Assembly (NCBI GenBank): GCA_963748825.1 | Contig: CAVVKN010000004.1 | Location: 32,001-96,000, forward strand | Source of the DNA: Methanotrichaceae archaeon | GTDB taxonomy: Archaea > Halobacteriota > Methanosarcinia > Methanotrichales > Methanotrichaceae | Direction: 5' to 3' | Length of the DNA stretch: 64,000 bases | Part shown: piece by piece, positions 32,810 to 44,200 of the stretch | How the letters are laid out: every line of letters begins with the position of its first letter | Numbering within the stretch: the first letter of the stretch is position 1 | Program-made: the position numbers and the translations under genes | Notes under the pieces: generated by a model | Told to the model about the DNA's origin: nothing | The model's input: only the letters and a program-made list of their open reading frames with translations | The model's database searches: none

Positions 32810-33754
32810 ATGCGCATTAGCGAAGAGCAGTATGGCGATCACATCGGCTCATACATAAATGTCCTCTACCTCTGCCACAGGAATGCCGATCCAGACGCCA
32901 TCGGTAGCAGCTTTGCCCTGAGCCAAGCCTTCGGTGGCACAATCGGCGCCGTGGATGATCTGAGCCGCACCGGCGTTTCCTTGACAAAGATCATTGGAGC
33001 CCGCGTCCTGATAAATCCGCGAGTTGAAGACTACGATCTGGTGGTAGTAGTAGACACCTCTGTTGGGACACAACTGGGCGACAGGCTGCCAGCCAAATAT
33101 GCCCTGGTGGACCACCATCTGGATGAAGGGCTGCTGGAGGACGCCCTCTTCTACATACAAAAGCCCGCCAAGTCCACGGCAGAGATCGTCTGGACGATTC
33201 TAAAAGAAAACGACAAGAAGGTCGACCGAAAAGCGGCCCTGGGACTTCTGGCAGGCATGATCGCCGACACCGGCCGCTTCAAGCGCGCTACACCTGGCGC
33301 TTTCCAGGCGGCAGCCGAGCTCTTAGATGCAGGAGGCTTTGCTTATGAAGAGGCACTGGAGGCCCTTTCTGTGCCCTCAGATATCTCTCAAAGAATTGCG
33401 GTCCTCAAAGCCGCCTCCCGGGCCGAGGTAGTGCGCCAGGGAGACTGGCTTGTCGCCTGCACAACTGTCAACTCCTTCGAGGGCTCCGCGGCCATGGCCT
33501 TGGTGGATTTAGGCGCCGACGTAGCCTTCGTGGCAGGACGGCATGGGAAGGGCGACACGGTCCGCATCAGCGCCAGGTCCAGCCGAGAGGCGGCCCGGAA
33601 GGGCTTGAACCTGGCAAAGCTCTTAGGAGAAGTGGGCAAAGCCTACGGGGGCGATGGAGGCGGCCACAGGTCGGCAGCCGCCCTGGAGGCAGTAGGCGAT
33701 CCTTCCGCTATCCTGGAAGCATGCCGAAAAAAAGTGGCCGAGAGCCTGCCCTGA
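32810..33754 (+). CDS. DHH/DHHA1 family phosphoesterase
   Basis: HRNADPDAIGS, VVVDT, VDHH, DTGRF, GGGHRSAA. Confidence 0.92.
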   Translation: MRISEEQYGDHIGSYINVLYLCHRNADPDAIGSSFALSQAFGGTIGAVDDLSRTGVSLTKIIGARVLINPRVEDYDLVVVVDTSVGTQLGDRLPAKYALVDHHLDEGLLEDALFYIQKPAKSTAEIVWTILKENDKKVDRKAALGLLAGMIADTGRFKRATPGAFQAAAELLDAGGFAYEEALEALSVPSDISQRIAVLKAASRAEVVRQGDWLVACTTVNSFEGSAAMALVDLGADVAFVAGRHGKGDTVRISARSSREAARKGLNLAKLLGEVGKAYGGDGGGHRSAAALEAVGDPSAILEACRKKVAESLP

Positions 33755-33801
33755 AAAGGCTTCCTCCCAGCCGGTGCAGGCCTAAATACCGCTCTTATGG
33801 A

Positions 33802-33884
33802 TCAGTCAGGTCAGTGTAGATCTGTAGGGACCAGTCTAGGTCTGTACGGGTCAGTCTGAGTCGGTCAGGATCTGTCCGGGTCAA
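33802..33884. repeat. Degenerate 10-bp tandem repeat (about 8 units, TCWGTNNRGR)
   Basis: tcagtcagg/tcagtgtaga/tctgtaggga/ccagtctagg/tctgtacggg/tcagtctgag/tcggtcagga/tctgtccggg. Confidence 0.7.
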
Positions 33885-35101
33885 CTCTTGCGCGCCCGAA
33901 GAGCCGCCTTCTTGAGGGCTTCAATACCTGGCAGTGGCTCGCCCGAGAGATAGGTGATGGACGCGCCGCCCCCCATGCTCACATGAGTGAACTTGGACTC
34001 CAGGCCCAGCTGCTCAATGGCCGCCACGCTATGCCCTCCGCCGGCAATGGAATAGCCCGACTCTGTGGCCGCTTTCAAGAGCTCGGATGTGCCAAGCCGA
34101 AACTTCTCCTGCTCGAAGATCCCAGTCGGCCCATTGAGAACGCTAACCTTTGCCTCCCTCATATACTTGCAATAGCTTACAATTGTCTCCAGGCCGATAT
34201 CGGCTATGGGCAGATCTGTGGGGAGCTTGTCCACGGCAACTTCCACTCGCTCGCCATTCTGGTTCAAAGCTACATCCACGGGCAGTGCGATCTTACCCGG
34301 ATAATCATGCAAAAGCTTTGCCGCAATGGGAATTTGGTCCAGATACTCCTGATCCTCCACGAACTTGCGATTGGCCTCACCAACGTCAATGCCTGCCGCC
34401 ATCATGAAGACAGTGGCTACGACTCCCGAGGTCAGGATCTTATCTGCACCGCCGCGACTCAGAACGTTTTGAGTGACTTTAATGGAATCGTCCGCCTTCG
34501 TGCCGCCCAAAGAGAAGACAGTCGGATGCTCATTTCCCTTCAAGCCCTTATCCAGTGCCGTGATCTCCTTGTCCATGAGAATCCCGGCGTAGCTAGGCAG
34601 CACCTCGGTAAAGCCCACCACGGAACAGTGAGAGCGATGGGAAACTGCAAAAGCGTCATTTATGAAAAGATCAAACAACGGCGCCAGCTTCCTCACCATG
34701 TGGCTTTTGGCATGATCGGCAGGGCTTCGGTTCATGTTCTCTTCTGCATAAAAGCGGGTATTTTCCAGAAGAAGAACCTCACCAGGCGCCAGAGATTTTA
34801 TGGCGGTCTGGGCATTAGATCCGAAGATATCATCAATGTAGGCGACATCGCGGCGCAAGAGCCGCGTTGCCAGGCGGGCATGAGCCTCTAGCGTGGTATA
34901 ATCCTTCTTTCCGGCCCGGCTCTGATGCGCCATGAGAACCACCCGACAGTCCTCTAGAGCACGCAGAGTGTCTAAGTGGCTTTTTATGCGCTTATCATCA
35001 AGGATATTTCCGTTGGGGTCCATGGGAGAGTTGAAGTCCACTCTTACCAGGACCCTTTTATTATCAAGTATGGCGTCATTCATTGTGAGATAATCCTTCA
35101 A
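33881..35101 (-). CDS. pgk: Phosphoglycerate kinase
   Basis: RVDFNSP, AHQSR, LLENTRF, NDAFAVSHR, AGGGHS, HVSMGGGA. Confidence 0.96.
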   Translation of the reverse strand: MKDYLTMNDAILDNKRVLVRVDFNSPMDPNGNILDDKRIKSHLDTLRALEDCRVVLMAHQSRAGKKDYTTLEAHARLATRLLRRDVAYIDDIFGSNAQTAIKSLAPGEVLLLENTRFYAEENMNRSPADHAKSHMVRKLAPLFDLFINDAFAVSHRSHCSVVGFTEVLPSYAGILMDKEITALDKGLKGNEHPTVFSLGGTKADDSIKVTQNVLSRGGADKILTSGVVATVFMMAAGIDVGEANRKFVEDQEYLDQIPIAAKLLHDYPGKIALPVDVALNQNGERVEVAVDKLPTDLPIADIGLETIVSYCKYMREAKVSVLNGPTGIFEQEKFRLGTSELLKAATESGYSIAGGGHSVAAIEQLGLESKFTHVSMGGGASITYLSGEPLPGIEALKKAALRARKS

Positions 35102-35538
35102 CTCAGTTCCTCCCGGTGTGGTTAGGGGGTTAACACAACAGATATATAGGCGTTGCTGATTTGATCCAGGCGATGGAGCAAATCTGCAGCCACAAGGCCA
35201 CAGAGAGATCTTTTTTGACTATCATGCCGCACCGTGAACACATCTGAGTGAAGTGAACTTGGGATCAATTGGCAACTAGCCTGATTGGAGAAATCGGTTC
35301 TTTTGTCTCCGATTCTTTCATGAATTCGAACCATGATTCGTTAACCTTAAGACCATCCTAAAACCCTTTTGTCATCAGAAGCGATTGTTATTCTTTTTGT
35401 GATCAATGACTCTTGGAAGTATCCTTTTTGTATGGATAACGACAAACGTCGAGAAAAGTCCTTATATGGGTTCGCCAAAAGCACCCCGAGAGATATCACA
35501 AAAGGAAAAACATCGTAGATCGGTCACAGAGTGATAAG

Positions 35539-38500
35539 ATGCAGAAGGCAATCTTCATTATGATCATAACGGCAGCACTTCTCTATGTGGGCGCTGCCGG
35601 CGGGGCAGAATATGGAAAAGAGCGCCCCATAGCCATCTTGGTGGGCTCGGAGCAGATGCAGCCTGCCATAGACGGACATATCGTAACATGGTCGGACAAC
35701 AGGAGTGGAAACTTTGACATATTCATGTACGACCTGGAGATCGGCCTGGAGAAATGGGTATGCATTAATCCGTTCTTCCAGATCAATCCAGCCGTATCTG
35801 TCGAGCGCATCGTCTGGCAGGACATGCGAGCCGGCAACGGGGACATTTACATGTACGATGCTGTCAACCGCACAGAATCAGCGGTAATTGCTGCCGAAGG
35901 CAACCAGACCCAACCCGACATTAGCAAAGAGAGAGTGGTCTGGGCCGATGACCGCGACGGCACCTATAACATCCGTCTCTACGACCTAACCACCAGGAAG
36001 GAGAGCATCGTTTCCACAGGGAAAGGAGAGCAGATTGAGCCCAAGATCAATGACGATAAGGTAGTCTGGATGGATAAGCGCTCTGGCGACTTTGATGTTT
36101 ACCTATATGATATTGCCAGCGGCAAAGAGTCAGCAGTCTCCACAGGACCGGGAGACCAATCATTTCCTTCCGTTTACGGAAACATCGTGGCATGGGCCGA
36201 TAATCGTACCGGCGAGTCCGATATAGCATTTATGGACTTGGCAACTCGAAAGACGACCACACTCACAAAACCAGGTATGCAGACCGATCCCAGAGTTTTC
36301 GGCAACTTTATTGCCTACCTCAACAACCGCACCGACATCAATCTTTATGACATCAAGAGCGGCGATGATTTCCCCTTGGCACCGGGAACCATGAAGATGG
36401 AGCCTGACATCAGCGACCGTGGCATCGTCTGGACGGAGTACAGGCAAGGTCCCAATGATCCGGATGTCCGGATGTACGACTTAAAGATTTTAGCCGATGT
36501 ATCAATAACCAACGGGCCTTTCAACCATACCAATCCCTCTCTCGCCGGGGACAACATCGTCTGGACGGATAACCGAAACGAATACTTCAACGTTTATCTG
36601 TTCAACATCACAACTAACAAGGAACAGAGCATTACCAATAGCGATTTTGATCACAGCAGCCCTGACACCAGCGGCGAAAATGTGATCTGGACGGATAAAA
36701 GCAAGGGAAACCTCAACATTTTCCTCTACAACCTTTTAACGAAAAAGATTACACAGGTGACCAATGGTTCATCCGACAACCGCTATGCAATGATCGACGG
36801 CAATAATATCATCTGGATCGATAAACGCTCGGGCAACGAAGAGATTTATCTCTACGACATCGCTAAAGGAAAGGAGAAGCAGATCACTACTGTAAAATCT
36901 CTGAAACTTTCGCCTGTGATAAACGGCGACAATATCGTTTGGATCGATTCCCGTAGTGGTGAAGATAAATGGGATGTTTATCTCTACAACTTGACCACTG
37001 GAGAGGAGACCGCTATCTGCACTAATCCTGCCAGGCAGGCTCAACCCTGGATCTGGGGCAATACCGTGGTCTGGGCCGACGGCAGAAACAAGAATTGGGA
37101 CATTTACACCTACGACCTCTCCACCAAAACAGAAAGAGCAGTAACAATCAACTCCGCCAACCAGGGCTATCCGACGGTATTCAATAACTATGTAGCCTGG
37201 CTGGATGTTAGAGGAGGAGATTCGGATATCTATCTCAATGATCTGGAAAAAGGAGTGGAAATACCAGTTGCAACACTTCCTATGCAGCAGACGCCCAATG
37301 ACGGCAAGGGCGATCCAGATCAAGTGAAGCCATACCTATCTTCCAAGGTCATATCCGATAACAAGATTGTATGGATGGATAACAATAATGGCTTTTCCCA
37401 GATCAAGATGAGGTACATCAACTCCGATCCGCTGCTTCTGCTCTCCACCGATTTCCCCAGCACCAACGGCAGCCTTCTGGTATGGAGCGACAACCGGAGA
37501 GGCAACTGGAATATCTTTGGCTTTGATTTCTTCACACGGGCGGAAAAGCCTATCTCCACAGGAGATTGGGATCAACTCTATCCCAAAGCTTCGGGGAATA
37601 CTGTAGTCTGGACGGATTATAGAAATAAGAACGCAGACATCTACATGAAGGATCTGACCACAGGCATCGAATCGGCCATAGTGACAGGCAAAGGAGATCA
37701 GACCTGGCCTTCCATCTCTGAAGATAAGGTCGTCTGGATGGACAACTCCAGCGGCAACTGGGATGTATACATGCAGGATCTGGCGAATGGCGAAAGCGTT
37801 GCCGTCTACAAGGGACAGGGCCAGCAGATGTATCCCATCATCAGCGGCAATCTGGTCGTCTGGCAGGACAACCGAAACGGCGACTTTGATGTCTATGTAA
37901 AAGACCTAATAACCGGAAATGAGACCAGACTAACAGAAGGCGGAGACCAGCTCTATCCCGACATATCCGGAAACACCATAGCCTGGGAAGACGCCAAGAG
38001 CAAAGATATTGCCTATTACTTCTGGGACAAAAAGTGGGGCAAGACCTATCCCCGGCCAGGAGAGCAGACGAATCCCGTAGTATCGGGAAAATATATTTCC
38101 TATGTTGATGGAACCGATCCGGACACATCCATTCGCAAGTTGGACATCTCCAACTGGAAGGATGAGCTGGTCCAGGTAGGGCCGGGCCAGGTAAAACCCA
38201 GCATGGATGAAAAGCTGGTTTGGCTCAACACCCATAGCGGCAGGCCGAGGACTGTGCCCGTGACCGCGGGTCAGAAGAGCATCATATGCAACGCACCCGG
38301 AGACCAGAGCTACCCTGTCGTGGGCGGCAACGACCAGGTAGGATACTACGTGGCCTGGATGGACAATCGCACCGGAAAACCGGATATCTATGTTTACAGC
38401 CTGGCTCAGGAACTGGAGCTACCCATAGCAGCCGGCCCGTATGAGGATATGTATCCGGATATCGATGGAAGCATCATCGCCTGGATGTCCAGAAATCCCA

Positions 38501-39183
38501 TGAACCAGTATAAAATCGAGGACTACTGGTCCATCCGGACCTTTGATATATCCATTGTCAATTCCACAGAGCTGGTCTACGGTTTGGAGAATGCCACAAC
38601 CATTTCCCTCAGTGCGGATAACCTGGCATATCTAAGAAAGAACTATTTCGGCTGGATGGTCTATGTGAGACCGCTCTATGAGAAAGAGGTCACCCCCGAC
38701 TATCCGCCCAATGGCATCAATCCGCGGACTGGAGGAGACTATGTAGTCTACCAGGACAACAAGAAGGGCAGCTGGGATATCTGGATGTGGAAGCTGGGGA
38801 AGAGTCCAGTGGCACTGGCAAGCGATGCCAGCGACCAGACGAATCCGGCTACGGACGGACATACTGTGGTCTGGCAGGACAATCGTAACGGCAATTGGGA
38901 TATCTTTGCCTACGACCTGAACACCAGCAAGGAAACACAGATAACCAACGATCTGGCGGATCAGACTAATCCCGATGTCGAAAACGGCGTCATTGTCTGG
39001 CAGGACAATCGTAACGGCAATTGGGATATCTATGTCTACGACCGTAATGTGCAAAAAGAGAAAGCTATTTGCACAGATGCAGGAAACCAGACACAACCTC
39101 GCATAAAGACGGGGCGAATCGTATGGACAGATGATCGCAGTGGAGACAAAGACATCTATCTTTACGAAAACTACATGCCATGA
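35539..39183 (+). CDS. Large cell-surface protein of about 42-aa beta-propeller repeats (Methanosarcinales type)
   Basis: Signal peptide; more than 20 repeats of Q..P.I.G..IVW.D.R.GN.DIY.YDL. Confidence 0.9.
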   Translation: MQKAIFIMIITAALLYVGAAGGAEYGKERPIAILVGSEQMQPAIDGHIVTWSDNRSGNFDIFMYDLEIGLEKWVCINPFFQINPAVSVERIVWQDMRAGNGDIYMYDAVNRTESAVIAAEGNQTQPDISKERVVWADDRDGTYNIRLYDLTTRKESIVSTGKGEQIEPKINDDKVVWMDKRSGDFDVYLYDIASGKESAVSTGPGDQSFPSVYGNIVAWADNRTGESDIAFMDLATRKTTTLTKPGMQTDPRVFGNFIAYLNNRTDINLYDIKSGDDFPLAPGTMKMEPDISDRGIVWTEYRQGPNDPDVRMYDLKILADVSITNGPFNHTNPSLAGDNIVWTDNRNEYFNVYLFNITTNKEQSITNSDFDHSSPDTSGENVIWTDKSKGNLNIFLYNLLTKKITQVTNGSSDNRYAMIDGNNIIWIDKRSGNEEIYLYDIAKGKEKQITTVKSLKLSPVINGDNIVWIDSRSGEDKWDVYLYNLTTGEETAICTNPARQAQPWIWGNTVVWADGRNKNWDIYTYDLSTKTERAVTINSANQGYPTVFNNYVAWLDVRGGDSDIYLNDLEKGVEIPVATLPMQQTPNDGKGDPDQVKPYLSSKVISDNKIVWMDNNNGFSQIKMRYINSDPLLLLSTDFPSTNGSLLVWSDNRRGNWNIFGFDFFTRAEKPISTGDWDQLYPKASGNTVVWTDYRNKNADIYMKDLTTGIESAIVTGKGDQTWPSISEDKVVWMDNSSGNWDVYMQDLANGESVAVYKGQGQQMYPIISGNLVVWQDNRNGDFDVYVKDLITGNETRLTEGGDQLYPDISGNTIAWEDAKSKDIAYYFWDKKWGKTYPRPGEQTNPVVSGKYISYVDGTDPDTSIRKLDISNWKDELVQVGPGQVKPSMDEKLVWLNTHSGRPRTVPVTAGQKSIICNAPGDQSYPVVGGNDQVGYYVAWMDNRTGKPDIYVYSLAQELELPIAAGPYEDMYPDIDGSIIAWMSRNPMNQYKIEDYWSIRTFDISIVNSTELVYGLENATTISLSADNLAYLRKNYFGWMVYVRPLYEKEVTPDYPPNGINPRTGGDYVVYQDNKKGSWDIWMWKLGKSPVALASDASDQTNPATDGHTVVWQDNRNGNWDIFAYDLNTSKETQITNDLADQTNPDVENGVIVWQDNRNGNWDIYVYDRNVQKEKAICTDAGNQTQPRIKTGRIVWTDDRSGDKDIYLYENYMP

Positions 39184-39328
39184 GTGGTAATGGGGCAGGC
39201 CGCCTGCCTGCCCATACACATTTTTTATAATTATACGAATTTTTTAGACGGAGATCGAAGTCCGCCGGGGCAAAGTTTATTTATCCTCACTGCATTAGCC
39301 TTGCACTTAAGAACATTTGGGGCAATTC

Positions 39329-40222
39329 ATGGAGCTTGAAAATCTTCGATTTGGTACGGAACTGCTCAAGCGCGGTTTCGCAAAGATGCAGAAGGGCGGC
39401 GTCATCATGGACGTCACAACCCCAGAGCAGGCGGTTATTGCAGAAGAGGCGGGTGCTGTGGCCGTAATGGCCCTGCATGCCGTGCCTGCCGACATCAGAA
39501 AGATGGGTGGCGTGGCCAGGATGGCCCATCCTGAAATCATCGAGGCGATCATCGAGGCGGTGACTATTCCCGTCATGGCCAAGGCCAGGATCGGCCACTT
39601 TGTGGAGGCCCAAATTTTAGAGGCGCTGGGTGTGGATATGGTGGACGAGTCCGAGGTGCTCACTCCCGCGGATGAATTTCATATTGAGAAGACCAAATTC
39701 ACCATTCCCTTCGTCTGCGGCGCTCGAAACCTGGGAGAAGCTTGCCGGCGCATCAAGGAAGGCGCAGCCATGATCAGGACCAAAGGCGAAGCGGGAACGG
39801 GAGACGTGAGCCAGGCAGTTTTGCACATGAGGATGATCCATGGCCAGATAAGGAGCCTGAAGGGCATGGACGATCTGCAGCTTTTGAAGGTGGCACGGGA
39901 GATTGAGGCGGACCTGGATCTGGTCAGAGAGTGCGCCAGCATGCAGCGCCTGCCTGTGGTCAACTTTGCAGCGGGCGGAGTGGCTACACCAGCCGATGCG
40001 GCCCTGATGATGCAGCTTGGGGCGGATGGGGTCTTCGTGGGCTCAGGCATATTCAAGTCCGAAAATCCGCAGGCCATGGCAGGGGCCATCGTTGAGGCGG
40101 TACACCATTACGATGATGCGGCTCTTTTGGCCAGAGTATCCAAGGGTTTGGGTGCGGCCATGAAAGGGCTGGATGCTTCTACGATTCCCGAAGCGGAAGT
40201 TTTGCAGAATAGGGGCTGGTAA
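39329..40222 (+). CDS. pdxS: Pyridoxal 5'-phosphate synthase lyase subunit
   Basis: [44 protein letters not shown]. Confidence 0.97.
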   Translation: MELENLRFGTELLKRGFAKMQKGGVIMDVTTPEQAVIAEEAGAVAVMALHAVPADIRKMGGVARMAHPEIIEAIIEAVTIPVMAKARIGHFVEAQILEALGVDMVDESEVLTPADEFHIEKTKFTIPFVCGARNLGEACRRIKEGAAMIRTKGEAGTGDVSQAVLHMRMIHGQIRSLKGMDDLQLLKVAREIEADLDLVRECASMQRLPVVNFAAGGVATPADAALMMQLGADGVFVGSGIFKSENPQAMAGAIVEAVHHYDDAALLARVSKGLGAAMKGLDASTIPEAEVLQNRGW

Positions 40223-40804
40223 GTGGCAAGGATTGGCGTTCTGGCTTTGCAGGGGGACGTCTCGGAGCACGTCCTGGCCCTGGAGAGGGCAGGGCAGGGA
40301 AAAATCCAGGTAGTGGAAGTCAGAAAGAGCGGCCAGATCGAAGAGTGCCAGGCCCTGGTGCTGCCAGGCGGAGAGAGCACAACCATCTGCCGCCAGTTAA
40401 AAAGCAGTGGCCTCATTGAAGAGCTAAAGGCTGCGGCCTTATCCGGCAAGCCCATCATGGCCACCTGTGCTGGCCTGGTGCTGGTCTCCCAGGAGGTAGA
40501 GGGCGAGGGCCGCGTCAAACCTTTAGGCCTCATGGACATCAAGATCAACCGAAACGCCTTCGGGCCGCAGAGGGAGTCCTTTGAGGCGGATCTGCAAATA
40601 AAAGGTCTGGACAAGCCTTACCGGGCCGTTTTCATCCGCGCCCCGGCGATAGCCCAGGTGGGCAGCGGCGTAGAGGTGCTGGCGCGCGTGGGGGACGCGG
40701 TGGTGGCAGCGCGCCAGAAGAATCTGCTGGCTTTAGCCTTTCATCCTGAACTTACGAAAGACACACGGATTCATCAAATATTCCTAAAGATGTTGGAGGC
40801 ATAA
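40223..40804 (+). CDS. pdxT: PLP synthase glutaminase subunit
   Basis: GVLALQGDVSEH, LPGGESTT, TCAG, RNAFG.Q.ESFE, FIRAP, FHPEL. Confidence 0.96.
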   Translation: MARIGVLALQGDVSEHVLALERAGQGKIQVVEVRKSGQIEECQALVLPGGESTTICRQLKSSGLIEELKAAALSGKPIMATCAGLVLVSQEVEGEGRVKPLGLMDIKINRNAFGPQRESFEADLQIKGLDKPYRAVFIRAPAIAQVGSGVEVLARVGDAVVAARQKNLLALAFHPELTKDTRIHQIFLKMLEA

Positions 40805-40805
40805 G

Positions 40806-41162
40806 ATGTTCTCAGAGACAGATCTGGTAGCCAGAAGCAAAGAGGATATGACCCGCGAGGTTGAAGAGCTGCAGGCCGATGCCAAGCGCTTGAAAGAGGA
40901 GCATGATGCTGCCTTACAAAAAGAGATGGAGCTTCGGGCCAAGTCCGTGGAGACCAGGACGGGCGATGCCGCGCTGGCGGAAAAGCTCTGGCAGGAGGCG
41001 GAAGAGCTGCGGGACAGCTCCAAGGAGATGCTGAGCATTTCCATGGAGAAGAGGCTGCGGGCGGCCGAAGTGCAGCACCGCATCGATATTCACGACCAGA
41101 TCGAATCCATAGATAATAGCGACGAGGTCTGGCGGAAGGCGGCGAGAGCGGGAAGGAGCTGA
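40806..41162 (+). CDS. Hypothetical coiled-coil protein
   Basis: Charged helical sequence; GGAGG RBS; follows pdxT directly. Confidence 0.7.
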   Translation: MFSETDLVARSKEDMTREVEELQADAKRLKEEHDAALQKEMELRAKSVETRTGDAALAEKLWQEAEELRDSSKEMLSISMEKRLRAAEVQHRIDIHDQIESIDNSDEVWRKAARAGRS

Positions 41163-41203
41163 AAAAAAGGCAATCCTTTTTTCTCTAACATCTATTCATA
41201 TTT

Positions 41204-44200
41204 CTATTTCTGTCCCGCATCCGAGAACTCGATATCCTTCTGGGTCTGGAAGGAGCCTGTGTACTTCTGATCGGCCTTGATCTTTTTGTAGAACTTGGCA
41301 TACTTGGTCTGAATGTTCCAGGTTCCATCGAAGGCCTGATCTGTTTTGAAGGCCAGGGTATTGTTGGCAAAATTGTTGCTGCATACACTAGAGGTCTCGC
41401 TCTTGTCCACATGGCTTAAGTTAAACCTCTCGGTTACTGAGGCTCCCATGCCCCCTTGGAAGTTGGGAGAGGCCAGCGTCTTATGGCCTTTGAGATTGCC
41501 GCCGGTAAAGACCAGATCCTTCTTCTCGGTGAAGCTATCCACCGATCCCGTGCGATCAATGGAGCGAAGAGTCTCCAGGCTGATGGAACCGTTGCCCATT
41601 ATCTTCTCATTGAACTGCATCGTCGATCCCATGATGGTATCCTTGATGGAGACCTCGCCACTGCCTTTTACGGATGATGACTCAATGAAGAGCATGCCAT
41701 TTCCGCCAGAAGAGGGGGCTACGACCGTCCGCTCCTTGGCAGAGTTGACTGTGCTCCAGTGGATCAAATAAGGCCCGCCTTCGGCAGTGCTCGATCCGCC
41801 CGTTATAAAGACGGAAAGAGGCATGTAGGTGCCTGCACCCCGGCCGGGAATGGTGCCGCTCCAGTACCCATCTTCGAGGCTGCCTGATTCCAGACTGAGG
41901 GCGCTGTCATAGACCCGATCCACGCTGAGCATATCCTGCCTGGTGAGGGGCAGTTCGGACAGGCCGTATTTCACCGAGGCGGACCTTATTCCATCCGGAC
42001 TCTGCAGGTGCACGGTTACCTTGACCGGCTCATTGGCGGCAGGCTGGGAGGGCAAGGCATTGACATCCAGAATGCTGATAGCCCCGTGCTCTGAGTCTTT
42101 CACTCCCACTATGGATAACTCGTAATTTTTAGATCCGGGCAGGCTATCTTTTCCCTGCGGAGCATACTCCAGGGCGGCATGCGATTGGGATTCATTCGTA
42201 ACTTGGGACTCATTCTCGCCTTGAGGCTCACTTTGACCATTATTCAATCCCAAAAGCTTTTCCACATAGTGTAGCAGGTTGGCAATTCCATCCAATACCA
42301 CATTGTTTTGCCTTGTTGCCGAGCGGTCCACATCGCGGGCCATAGTCCTCGATACCTCGGAGGACGCCTCCTCCTGGGAAGGCAGGTTGAAGGGCAGGCT
42401 GACATTGCCGAAGCTGATGTTGGCCGAAGCCATCTTCACGGCAGACGACTGCAATGGCCGAGATGCTTGACTTTCGGAGGCCTCCAATACCTGGCCAGGA
42501 GAACTGAGAAGCTTCAGGCTCAAGCTGAAAGTGCCGCGCACCGGCTTCTTGTCTTGAGTGAAGCCTTCTGCGGTTATGGTGTCATCGATAGCTTCGCTCA
42601 CCGTCTTTTCGGAAGCGACCGTCGTCTGGCGCTTGGGTGAAAGATAATCGATATTGCCCAGAGGCCCCAGTTTTTTGCTGATAACGAATATGCTGTAGAG
42701 AGGAACACTTCCTGTGTTGGCCACGGTGCAGGTAAGAAGGCTCTTCTCTCCCGGTACTATAGCTGGCGGCGAAGAGCTGACGAATATCTTGAGAGCGGCA
42801 ACTACTGTCGCGACCTTGACACTTGCTCTGTCCGACAGGGTGCTGCCGCGCGAGTCTCTTCCCGTGGCCTCAAATTGGATTGTGCAATTGTCAGATATCA
42901 CAGTTTTAGAATTTATCACTCTGAACTCACCCGGCTGCAGCCCACCGAGGGTGGCGAGCGTGGAGCCGTTCAAGGTTAAAGCTACGTCCTCCAGGCGATC
43001 GTCTCCGGAATTGGTGATAAGGACACTAATCTCTGCCGCCTCATCCGGACAGACCTCAATCTCAGAGGGCATGGCCTTCAAGGTAATGCCGGGCGAAGCG
43101 GACTTTAAAAGCACGCCTGCCGTGCTGACGGCCTCAAAACCGTTGCCATCAAAGCCCTTCGCCGTGACGTTTATCCAGGTGGTTGAGTTCTTGGTGTAAA
43201 TGGCTGCCATCTTTATCGATTGGCTGGGGGCCAGTTCCTTGAGAATGCGTCTCTTTCCGTCCCCCTCTAAGGTAATATTTTGCAATAGCTCCTCTCCACT
43301 GTTGCTCAAGACCCAGGTCACCTCGGCGGGCTCTCCCGGATAAATCCCGACCTCGGAAGGATCGCCCTGTATCAAGAGCGAGGAATTTAGTACCTGAAGG
43401 CCGAACTTCTCACTGGCAAAGACCTCTGTCCCTTCCAGATCATGGGCGATAACCGAAAACATATCCTGTAGGCTCTGGGAGACTGTCATCTCCTTTTGCA
43501 GCACCTGAAAATCGCCGGCAGGAAGTTGAGCTATCCGCTCGATCTCCCCAAAACTATCCCGGACAAGAATATCGGTGAGGTTTTCCGTCCCCTTATTTCC
43601 AATGCGAATTTGTAGGGAAACGCTCTCACCGCGGTGCACCCGCTGGGGGGCAGTAACCTCCAGCTTGAGTGAAGGAGAGATCTTCCAGATGTCGAAAGAC
43701 GTATTGTTGGTGTAGATCCTGTCCCGGGCATCCAACGCTCGCACGCTGGCCGATAGCCTGGTATTATTCTCAATCTGCATGGCTCCATCCAGGAAAAGCT
43801 CTTTGCCAGCAGGGAGATACTTTGTAGAGGCCACCTTTCCGGCGCAAGAGATCTGGATGTCGGACAGTTCGGCTTCTCCCCGGTTTTTCGCCAGGCATCT
43901 GTAGCCCACTACCTCGCCAGCTCTGCCTTCCGACTTATTGGCAGTTATGGTCAGCAGAAGTGCAGATATTTCTGGCGTCTCAACCCCTGTTAGATCAATA
44001 GGAGAAGGAGCCGCGGCGTCGGCACCTGCCGTCCCGGAAAAGGTGGGCTTAGCGGCAGGTGCTGCTTTGGTGCTCAGCACCTCTTCCCTGGAAGCGTGGC
44101 CTGTGGGAGTCTCGCTTGTGGTCGGCGAGATGTACTGGATGCGAGCCAAGACCTCTCCGTCGGTTGGATCGAGAGCTGATACCTGCAGCTCCTCCGGGGA

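Noticed and set aside
35165-35230. GGCGATGGAG resembling the start of a fluoride riboswitch
   Set aside because: The complementary TCGCC and downstream consensus are missing, and there is no crcB-type gene
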